Origin: Octopus vulgaris
Lineage: Eukaryota
DNA length: 64,000 bases
NCBI GenBank assembly: GCA_951406725.2
Contig: OX597831.1
Location: 32,550,001-32,614,000, forward strand
Direction: 5' to 3'
A program made the position numbers and the translations under genes. Positions 52,767-64,000 of this stretch are shown one piece after another (the first letter of the stretch is position 1; each line of letters begins with the position of its first letter). Below the pieces are notes generated by a model that ran no database searches, was not told where the DNA came from, and worked only from the letters and a program-made list of their open reading frames with translations.

Positions 52767-52869
52767 ACATATATATATATATATACTTTAATGGTCGCGT
52801 AAGAAGTGTTTCTGCATGCGTGTGTGTGTGAGTGGGGAGAGGTTCTAGGTTTATAAAATAATAATGTTG

Positions 52870-53522
52870 CAGGTAAGAATGTCGAAGTTGTTGACCGCTT
52901 CAATGAGCAGAGAGATTCATTGCGGCATTAGCTTTGAGACTGAATTCCAGAAATGATTTGGACGAGTTGGAGTAGTTGTGGATTCGCTGGACATGGGTGT
53001 TTGGCGTAGACGATATCTGAGCAAGAGTACAAAGGTTCGGATCTTTAGATGTCTGGTCCTCCTTGTCCTGTTCTATAGTTGTGAGACGTGGACACTGTCG
53101 GGTCCCTCATGAGCCGCCTGAATTCTTTTGGTACTAGGATGTTTTGCAGAATTATGGGTTACCATTGGTCGAATTTCGTATCCAACCAACGACTCTACTC
53201 AGAAACTATGATGCGTCCTGTTACATGTATGACGGGAGAGTACCAGCTCGGACTGTGCGGCCATGGTGCTCGATTTTCCGAGTTGGTCTCTGCTTATCAT
53301 GTTCTCTTCACTGAGGATCCGGCTGGGTTGATCGTTGGCGTTGGTCGACCACATGCCATATGGCCACAGCAAGCGAGGAGGCATCTCGCTGAGACAGGGG
53401 ACTAACTGGGACTCTTTTCAACGGGTCATCCGGGAGGACCCAGGAAAATACGGACAAATGGCGAATGCAGCAACGTGCTGCAACTTTGTATGCGTCCACA
53501 ACTGACCTGACCCGACCTGATG
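52870..53522 (+). mobile_element. Decayed RTE LINE 3' part with (ACCTG)n tail
   Basis: TKVRIFRCLVLLVLFYSCETWT and RIMGYHWSNFVSNQRL remnants; a related 3' end lies at ~45040-45170. Confidence 0.75.
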
Positions 53523-54606
53523 TACCTTGCAAGATCAGAAATGTCAAATAGACAACGAAATAATGAATTAATATTTCATCGTTCTAGATTTCCATAACAA
53601 GTAATAATAATTAATCAATTAACTTTGTTACTTGACATTATTATCTAGTTGTTAATTAGTTTTAATCTTGATGACCAAAAAACATTTAGAAAATAATATT
53701 ATGAAATTTCTTCTCAGGAGTCAGACTTGCAACCAAGACTCTCTGTGTGCGCGCGCGTTTATCTATACATGCAGCATGTATGTATGTATGTATGTATGTA
53801 TGTATGTATGTATGTATGTATGTATGTATGTATGTATGTATGTACGCATGCATGCATGCGTGCATGTATGTATAAATGCATGTATGTATGAATGTATGTA
53901 CGTACGTATGTCTGTATTATGTACGTATGCATACATGTATGTATGTGTATATATGTATTATGTACGTGTGTATACATGCATGCATGTATGTATGCATGTA
54001 TGTATGCATGTATGTATGTATGAATGTATGTAGTACGTGCGTATGTGTATTTGCATGTGTATGTATGTCTGTACGTATGTATATATTTGTGTATGTGTAT
54101 GCATGTATGTATATATGTGTGTATATGTATTAGTATGCGTGTACATATTTACACACTCATACACACGTGTGTGTATGTGTGTGTGTAAACAAAACAAAAA
54201 ATGGAACTAGAACGTAATAGGCGACAACAAAACATTCGGACAGTTAGACGACACAGAAAAGGACAGAAAAAAAAACAAGGACAGGTCATTCGGAACTTTC
54301 AGTCTTCAGTCGAGTATTAGATTGTCTTTGCAGTTTCGGCCGGTTACACTCGAGACTGCTCTAATCTGGCCGACCCCAAGAATATCTAAGCTAAGTGCAC
54401 TAGAATTCTTTGGAAGAAAGCAAGCAAATATATACGTAAACAAGGACGAAAAGAAAAACAAAGAAATGGTACACAATTACAAATACAAACATCAGGACAT
54501 TAACAACAGGTGTCTTTCGACTAAGGACGAATTAAATTAAGCTGGCGCGTGTGAAAGTGAAGCCTTACGGCAGGAACATAGAAGACATGCGCGTTAGCAA
54601 GTCATA

Positions 54607-56565
54607 CAGTGGTACCTTGATTTACGAGTGTACCAACTAACGAATTTTTCAAGATACGAGCCGTCTCTCGGCCGAAATTTTGCTTTGAGTTGTGAGCTAA
54701 AATTCGGGTTACGAGCCAGTTTCAGATACCCCACCGCGAGTTGGCGTAGCGAACGCCACGGTGAATGTCGTAACATCTGCCCAGCATCCCATCTCTCACT
54801 CGATAGCTAGACAGATATGCGTGTTAGCAAGTTCGGAGATCGTTAGTTAGACGGGTGGCAAAATGCTCACTTGGTCGTTTCAGACTACAGAAATATCAGT
54901 GTTGTGCTTGCAGTTATGCTTGTAGTTATTTTCCAACCATGGGTCCGAAGAAAGTGAGTGCGAAGGACAGTGGTGAGAAGAAGCAGTCGATGTGCATTGA
55001 ATTAAAGAAAGACATGATCAAGGTGTGCGTGTTGACGACATAGCGAAGCAGTACGAGCGTAGCACATCTACGATCTGCACCATACTGAAACAGAAGGAAT
55101 CGATAAAGGCTATAACGCCAGCCAAGGGCGTCAAAATAATTTCTAACCAGCGGGCATCTATCCATGAAAATATGGAAAAGATGCTGATGGTGTGGTTGAC
55201 AGAGAAGTAGCTCGTAGGAGATACTGTGACGGAGGGTATAATCTGCGAGAATGCACGAGCTATTTACGCTGATTTGCTGCAACAGACCCGCAGGCACTTG
55301 TATGGACGAGGCATCGGGCGAGCCAATTAAAGCTAGTCGGGGCTGGTCCGAGAATTTTAAAAAGAGGATCGGCATTCAGCCCCTTGTCGGGCATGGTAAG
55401 GCAGCGAGAGCGGATATAAAGGCAGCTGAGGGTTACCTCAAAACTTTTGCTGGAATTATAGCAGCCGAAGGATACATCCCCCAGAAAATCCTTAACTGTA
55501 AGGAGACAGTCTAAGGAAGACATATATAACGGCAGAGGAGAAGAGGATATCAGGCCACAAACCCATGAAAGATAGGCTGACACTCGCACTGTGCACCAAA
55601 TGCGAGCGGCAACTGCAAGATTAAGCCACTGCTCGTTTATCGTTTGGAAAACCCCAGAACCTTTAAGTCACATAAGATTCTGAAAAAGAAACTGCAGGTT
55701 ATATGGAGAGCAAGTAAAAGAGCGCGGGTCACCAAGAAGTTCTTTGTGAAGTGGGTGAATTTGTTCTTTGGTCTTGACGTTAAGAAATATCTCCAGGAAA
55801 ATAACGTACCCTTGCAAGTCCTTCTCGTCCTGGACAATGCACCTACTCACCCACATAACCTCGAAGATGACATCCTCGAAGGGTTCAAGTTTATAAAGGT
55901 TCTCTACCTTCCACCCAATACCACCCCTATCCTGCAGCCCGTAGACCAGCGGGAAGTTTCTAATTTCAAGAGGATCTTCATCAAGCACCTCCTTCGCCGC
56001 TGCTTTGAGGTGGCAGAGAACACAAATCTCCCCCTTCGAGAGTTCTTGAAGGACCACTATAACATCGTGATATGCCTCAGAATTATCGATATGGCCTGGC
56101 AGGGTGTTTCAAAGAAGACCTTGACTTCTGCCTGGAAGAAGCTGTGGCCTGAGTTTGTGTCTGAAACAGATTTTGAAAGACTCGAACCCGAGGCGGCAGT
56201 GGTGGAAGAGATTGCATCCTTCAGTAAGCCCATGGGCCTGGATGTGGGTGAAAGTGACATCAATGAGCTCATCGAGGAGCACTCCGAGGAACTGACAACG
56301 GAAGAGCTAAAGGAGCTACAGACGCAGCAACACACGGAGGTTTCGCAGGAAATAGGTGACGTGGAGGAGACGGAGGAAGTTGTCTCTATCAGTGCCATAA
56401 AGGAAATGTTGGGAATGTGAGAAACTTCCAGACTTTATTCATAAGAAAGAGAATGAAACAGACCTTATTGGACAGGTTTTTATCGAAAACTCCTGTCGAT
56501 GAAAGTGATGAAAGCGTTGCGAAAAGGGCAAAAATCATCGAATAAAATTCAGTTATTCAGTTCAG
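54607..56565 (+). mobile_element. Tigger/pogo DNA transposon, right end missing
   Basis: Left TIR TA|CAGTGGTACCTTGATTTACGAG; no matching right TIR seen. Confidence 0.85.
54939..56420 (+). pseudogene. Tigger-like (CENP-B HTH + DDE) transposase pseudogene
   Basis: MGPKK, MEKMLMVW, KASRGW..FKKR, KPMKDRLT, ENPR, LLVLDNAPTHP, LPPNTTPILQPVDQ; stops and frameshifts. Confidence 0.9.
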
Positions 56566-56867
56566 CCTTTTGTCCTCCACCCCCGTAGGCATCCTCAAAT
56601 CGTCCGATCTCCATGGTAAATCCCGGTAATTACAGAGGGACCAGACATGTCGCCTTTTGTGTCACGCTGAATCTATCCTGAGAAATTCATTAAGGGTACG
56701 CATTAAGGGTACGCATGCCTGTAGACTGCTGATCGGATCAACTGGAACACTGGTCGTCCTAACCAACGGAGTGCCAGAATACAAAAGCAACAGGAGCAGT
56801 TTTAGATGAAAGTAGCCATCTGCATATCATACTTAAAGTGAATACTTCGTGGAAAACAAATTAACCG

Positions 56868-57105
56868 TGGTGAGCTGGCAGAAACGTTAGCACGCCGGGC
56901 GAAATGCGTAGCCGTATTTCGTCTGCCGTTACGTTCTGAGTTCAAATTCCGCCGAGGTCGACTTTGCCTTTCATCCTTTCGGGATCGATAAATTAAGTAC
57001 CAGTTACGCACTGGGGTCGATATAATCGACTTAATCCGTCTGTCTGTCCTTGTTTGTCTCCTCTGTGTTTAGCCGTTTAGCCTCTTGTGGGTAGTAAAGA
57101 AATAG
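56868..57105 (+). mobile_element. tRNA-derived SINE with a MetaSINE-like central domain
   Basis: GAGCTGGCAGAAACGTTAGCAC..GAGTTCAAATTCC..GCCTTTCATCCTTTCGGGATCGATAAATTAAGTACCAG; other copies at ~17960, 21900, 24640, 27950 and 40360. The superfamily name is from memory. Confidence 0.7.
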
Positions 57106-57354
57106 GTATTCATTCGTAGATGTCTCTTATGGACGTGTTGCGTTTAAAAGCAAAATAAATCAGTGGCAGGCGGAAATCGCCCAATAGCTACAGTGAGAAT
57201 GCTACATGCGAATTTCCTGCCCGTTGGGCTTCGTCAGTAGCATGTACTCACTGATGACCGTAAGACGAAATCCATCGCTACTGATATCGGAAAACAGTGA
57301 CTCAAAGCTCAAATGTCTATTTTTAATCTAAACCTACTCCTGTCGCACGTTACA

Positions 57355-58378
57355 TATTTTTATTCAGTCGGGTGGCTAATTGCCAGACTATTTGTCTTGG
57401 AATTTGATATCAACAAATCTCTTCGAATCTCAAGAATCTTTTAGGATCCTTGCAGGATACAGAATTGCGAGCCTCGATTCCAATATCCCTCACTCTGTTA
57501 GGCAGCATCTTGTGCCAAGTACAAGAATTCCCGCACGAATTCCTACACAAATAATTGTTGTCTTTGAATTTGATATCAACAAATCTCTTCGAATCTCAAG
57601 AATCTTTTAGGATTCTTGCAGGATACAGAATTGCGAGCCTTGATTCCAATATCCCCCAGTCTGTTAGGCAGCATCTTGTGCCAAGTACAAGAATTCCCGC
57701 ACGAATTCCTACACAAATAATTGTTGCCTTGGAATTTGATATCAACAAATCTCTTCGAATCTCAAGAATCTTTTAGGATCCTTGCAGGATACAGAATTGC
57801 GAGTCTCGATTCCAATATCCCCCAGTCTGTTAGGCAGCATCTTGTGCCAAGTACAAGAATTCCCGCACGAATTCCTACACAAATAATTGTTGTCGTGGTC
57901 TTCCACAAATCTCTTCGAATCTCAAGAATCTTTTAGGATTCTTGCAGGATACATAATTGCGAGCCTCGATTCCAATATCCCTCAGTCTGTTAGGAAGCAT
58001 CTTGTGCCAAGTACAAGAATTCCCGCACGAATTCCTACACAAATAATTGTTGTCGTGGTCTTCCACAATTTCTTCAGCTCTCTAGCAAGATCCCGATATT
58101 TCTCATTTCCGTTTCCAATTTCTTTGACCCCAGCCCTCTTATGGTATTGCAAAATCCATGATCTTACACAGCTTCTTTTGTCCTCTACAGTCTGGTCTTC
58201 TTGCTTCCATACTATGGTCAGTCTTTATGCGGAAGTTCCATAAAATCTTGTAATCTTTATTCTCTATCACAGCCTCTGTTTATCTCAAAGCCATTTCCCA
58301 GTCATCTCAAAGCCATACACTCGGTCACTATTCCAATGCATTCTTTTATCTCTCATTTATTAACACAGTCATGCCTCT
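57355..58378 (-). mobile_element. 3' fragment of RLE-type (R4/Dong-like) non-LTR retrotransposon
   Basis: Minus strand ENKDYKILWNFRIKTDHSMEARRPD...CKIMDFAIP...EKYRDLARELKKLWK, the PD..D..KY restriction-like endonuclease signature. Confidence 0.75.
57399..58068. repeat. 166/160-bp tandem repeat, ~4 copies
   Basis: ACAAATCTCTTCGAATCTCAAGAATC recurs at ~57414, 57579, 57745 and 57905. Confidence 0.93.
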
Positions 58379-58380
58379 GC

Positions 58381-58988
<608 letters not shown>

Positions 58989-59274
58989 TAGTGGGGAAGG
59001 GAGACACGGTGACGTGACGAATGAAATATACAGAGAATATGGTATCTATGTAGTCTCACGTTTTGAGTTCGTATCTACCTGCTGACTTCCTTCATTCCAG
59101 ATTGGATAAAAACAAACATACCAGCTGTATACTGGAGTTGAGTGCAGTCAATTAAAGTTACTCTAATATGTCTGCCAATCTTAGAAATAATTAGACGAAA
59201 TCAAATGATTAGAGAAAAACAACTTCAATAAATAAATCAAATAGACAAGACCTCATCGAACTCAGCAACAAATT

Positions 59275-59326
59275 ACACACACACGCACACACACACACAC
59301 ACACACATGTATATATGTATATATGC

Positions 59327-59365
<39 letters not shown>

Positions 59366-59415
59366 ATATATATTTATATAGATATACACATACACACACA
59401 TATATATGTGTATAT

Positions 59416-59476
<61 letters not shown>

Positions 59477-59504
59477 TATATATGTATATGTCCATATATA
59501 TATA

Positions 59505-59545
<41 letters not shown>

Positions 59546-60228
59546 GTAATATAATAAACGTACATATAGGTAAATAGATACATAGATGTTTAACTACTAT
59601 AGGTATATATATATATATATATATATACTATATATATATATATATATATATATCACACAAACACACACTAAAGCGCACATAATTACGGTACAATACACAC
59701 ACACACGTATAAACAAGTAATTACTGTAATAAACTTTAATAGCAACAACAACAACAAAACACAAAGCAGATGATAGAACACCACTCCACCACCATCACCA
59801 CCATTACAACACCACCATCACCACCACCACCACTACAGCAAAATTTACCACTACTACCACTGTTACAATACCACAGTACAATACGAACGTTTATATACTC
59901 TTATATACGTCATGCTGCCCCCTCCTCACTCATAGCCACGCGCCTACACATCTCCTTCCTACAGACATCCGTCCCTCTCTGTCTTAACTCACCGCTCTGC
60001 CACGTTTGTAGCAGAGTAATCTTTAATCTGATTGGCAAATCAATGATAAAAATTGTGTAAAATAAATATATAAATAAGTAAATAGATGAATGATGCGAGT
60101 TAATTAGTTTAAATGGAGCCGCCGAGGCAAAGACGGTGAATTAGTTAAAGCAATGAGTTTAGAACGACAGCTCGAAATAATAACATCTTTCTATGGTGGG
60201 ACTTGTTAGGTATACATACATACATACA

Positions 60229-60260
<32 letters not shown>

Positions 60261-60614
60261 CATATATATATGTATGCATACACACATATGTACATATATA
60301 TACATATATACATACACATATATATATATTTGTACGTATATATATACATACATATATATGTAAATATATGTATTTATATGTACATATATATATATATATA
60401 CATATACATACATATATATATATATACACACACATGTACATATATAAATACATACATATTTATCTGTATAAATATATGTATATAATTATAAATGTATACA
60501 TATATATGTACATACATACATATCTGTGAGTATATATATATATATGTATGTATATATGTATGTATGTATGTATTTAGGTATGTATATATATATATATATG
60601 TGTGTGTGTGTAAG

Positions 60615-60656
<42 letters not shown>

Positions 60657-61011
60657 AATATATATATGTTTATATACATATGTGTGTGTGTATAAATGTG
60701 TGAATGTGTTTGTATAAAACTGCAAGCGTATTCACACACTCAAGTGCGCACATATGAAGAGGCAGATACAGTGTATATAATTTAAATATGCACACTGGTA
60801 TACATACATACATGCATACATACATAAATTCTACATATATGCATGTATATATTTACACATATGCAACCACATGCAAGATATATACATTCATTAATATATA
60901 CATACGTACTTACTTATACACGCACACACACCCACCCACACACAAACACACATACATACATATATATATATATATGCATAAATCCATTGCCTTTATATAT
61001 GTATTCATACA

Positions 61012-61077
<66 letters not shown>

Positions 61078-61161
61078 AATATATACATACATATACAGAA
61101 GCAGTGAAATGCACACGTACTCACATATATATATATGTGTGTGTGTGTGTGTGTATGTATA

Positions 61162-61210
<49 letters not shown>

Positions 61211-61336
61211 GTATGTATGTATATATATACATACAAACATGCACATCGATATACGTATATGAGTGCGTGTTGTGTTTGTGCGCGTATTTGTACACACACA
61301 CAGACACACGCATACACACACACGCACACACACACG

Positions 61337-61367
<31 letters not shown>

Positions 61368-61510
61368 TTCTACATAGATGTACTCACACATACACACAGC
61401 TCACAACTGGCAACACAAACCATCAAGAAATGTTATTAAGTTCTCACACTCGACACTCATTGCTTCGGTTTAATTCTTACATGTATATTGATACGTTGCC
61501 AGATGCCTAT

Positions 61511-61550
<40 letters not shown>

Positions 61551-61579
61551 CTCCTTATTTGCATACACCTACATACATA

Positions 61580-61612
<33 letters not shown>

Positions 61613-61715
61613 GATATATATATATAAATATTTACATGTATGTATGTATTTATACACTACACACACACATATATACATATACATGTACATACATATATAG
61701 ATGCATACATACATA

Positions 61716-61759
<44 letters not shown>

Positions 61760-61811
61760 GTTACTATTATTTATTTCTGTAACTAAATGCTTATATGTAC
61801 ATATACAAGTA

Positions 61812-61870
<59 letters not shown>

Positions 61871-61890
61871 ATACATAAATATATATATGT

Positions 61891-61930
<40 letters not shown>

Positions 61931-62207
61931 TACTATATATACATATCATTACATACATGCATACATATCTACTTATATGTATACACATATATATATAAAT
62001 ATAGATTTATATATTTACATATCTACTTATTTATACCCATTTATTTATGTTTCTAAATACAGTCTTATATACATATGTGAATGAGTGTGTGTGTGTGGGG
62101 GGGTATGAAATTAGAGTAAATTTTATCTATCTATCGATCTGTTTATCTAATATTTCTCCCATAACAATTTACAAATGTGGTTATAGATAGACATAGAGAT
62201 AGATATA

Positions 62208-62279
<72 letters not shown>

Positions 62280-62313
62280 TGGAGAAAGTTGACTAGAGAA
62301 ACACGGAGAAACC

Positions 62314-62350
<37 letters not shown>
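59275..62350. repeat. Extended (TA)/(CA)/(TACA)/(TCTA) low-complexity region
   Basis: Direct reading. Confidence 0.9.
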
Positions 62351-62469
62351 GGGGGGTGAAGGTGTTACTCTGAGTTTTTTCCTGCTTCATTTTCGGACAG
62401 TTGTTGAAAACTGAGCAGACATTTCAACAAGAGTTTTACAGATTTTAATAAAATGGCGATGCCCTGAAT

Positions 62470-63042
62470 GGCTGTGTATGTGTTTGAAAGGGTATTTTGA
62501 ATGCGACTCTATTAACCGTATGTATGAGTTTGAAATGATTTTGTGAATGTGTTTTTAATAGCCGTATGTACGTGTTTAAAATGAATATGTGTACGTGTTT
62601 GTAATAACCATATGTATGTGTTTAAAATGATTTTGTGTACGTGTTTGTAATAACCGTATGTATGTGTTTAAAATGATTTTGTGTACGTGTTTGTAAAAAC
62701 CGTATGTACGTGTTTAAAATGATTTGTGTATGTGTTTGTAATAACCATATGTATGTGTTTGAAATAATATTTTGTATGCGTTTTTAATAACAGTATGTAG
62801 GGGCCTGAAATGATTTTGTGTACGTGTTTGTAAAAACCGTATGTACGTGTTTAAAATGAATATGTGTATGTGTTTGTAATAACCGTATGTACGTGTTTAA
62901 AATGATTTTGTGTATGTGTTTGTAATAACCATATGTATGTGTTTGAAATGATATTTTGTATGCATTTTTAATAACAGTAAGTATGTGCCTGAAATGATTT
63001 TGTGTAAGTGTTTGTAATAACCGTATGTATGTGTTTATAATG
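62470..63042. repeat. 46-bp minisatellite, ~12 diverged copies
   Basis: TAACCGTATGTATGTGTTTAAAATGATTTTGTGTACGTGTTTGTAA-like units at 62605, 62651, 62697 and onward. Confidence 0.9.
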
Positions 63043-63277
63043 TTAAGTACACTGTTTAATTTAGTCGAGTGGTGTCATCATCTCGAGTGTTGCTTTCACT
63101 CATCGTAGAAATACAGAATTATCTTGATAATGATATTGTGTACATGTTTGTAATGAGTGTATTTATGCTTTTGTAAAGACATTGTGTATGGGGTGCACGG
63201 AACCCCGTTTCATCCAGTGGAACATCATTTTTACTACTTTAAACACCTGCATCAAACTTGCATCATTAAAGGTAAGT

Positions 63278-63470
63278 GGAGTTTGAAAAAGAAGTAATTT
63301 CTACTCTTCTCCTCTGGAAGCCATCTACTCGCAATACCAGAGGGCGCACACTCTCCTACCCTGATGTAATCTCCAGGGATACAGGCATCCAGCAACAGGA
63401 CCTCCGTAATGCTATGATGGACCGTGAAGTCTGGCGTAACATAGTAAATTCCATTGTCTCGACCACGGTC
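63278..63470 (+). mobile_element. RTE LINE 3' terminal fragment
   Basis: EVISTLLLWKP..RGRTLSYPDVISRDTG..DLRNAMMDREVWR. Confidence 0.65.
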
Positions 63471-64000
63471 GGTCGGAGTTTTGCAGAGGCACCAAACAAT
63501 ACAGTCCCAATAATCCATGATAAGGTGGGGTCAAACCTCCACCTGTATACAGTGCTGCCTTCAGGCTGCACAGACATTCTGGTGACACCACGTGTTTAGG
63601 GGTCCAAAGTTAATCTGTATATGCTGTAATTTATTACCAGTAACGAATTCTAGGTCTATTTCATTGGAATTTATAAAGCTGTTAAAACGGACCCCAAAAT
63701 AGAAATATGTTAGCACACACACCATTGTCTGAAATCTGGTTAAGGATGATAAGAACGTTGATAAAGGTTTATATTGATGATGTGCACAGCATGATCTTTC
63801 TGTAACTCCACATTTGCCAAAGGTATTTCTAGTCTCAACTGGGCCTCACTCACTCAACTCCTCTTGTATCATTCACCTTACAGCGAATATATATATATAT
63901 ATATATATTCGCTGTAAGGTGCAGCTACAATAAAAAGTATATTACTCTACTTTAAGTATTTAAGTACTGCTTTTTCTACCTTGTTTTGCATTTATATGCT

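Noticed and set aside
54215-54545. Repeat-like segment with CTGAAGA and GAAAC on the minus strand
   Set aside because: The order and pairing do not assemble into a hammerhead by eye.

Overview
AT-rich, microsatellite-dense animal genomic DNA. The SINE repertoire looks octopus-like (inference, not verified). One host gene is supported: the last six coding exons of TRMT1L (Trm1-family tRNA methyltransferase-like) on the + strand, 12069..28876; the earlier exons appear to lie upstream of the window. The rest is mostly decayed mobile DNA: Tc1, Tigger/pogo, mariner, hAT and Merlin-like MITEs, non-autonomous Helitrons, CR1/L2-group, RTE and R4/Dong-like LINEs, several SINE families, tandem repeats and microsatellites. 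The most striking unannotated signal is a dispersed set of about eight loci with minimal hammerhead-ribozyme-like motifs. Several sit in inverted repeats (one a perfect 200-bp-arm palindrome), and one is a back-to-back pair on opposite strands. This pattern suggests Penelope-like or retrozyme-type non-coding elements. Other notable points: DAHG replaces the DPFG motif in TRMT1L, inverted SINEs bracket that exon, an ETS-CRE motif and a CTCF-like site lie in the Tc1 element, and there is a head-to-tail Helitron junction. All calls were made by eye; no alignments or folding programs were run, and comparisons with human TRMT1L are from memory.
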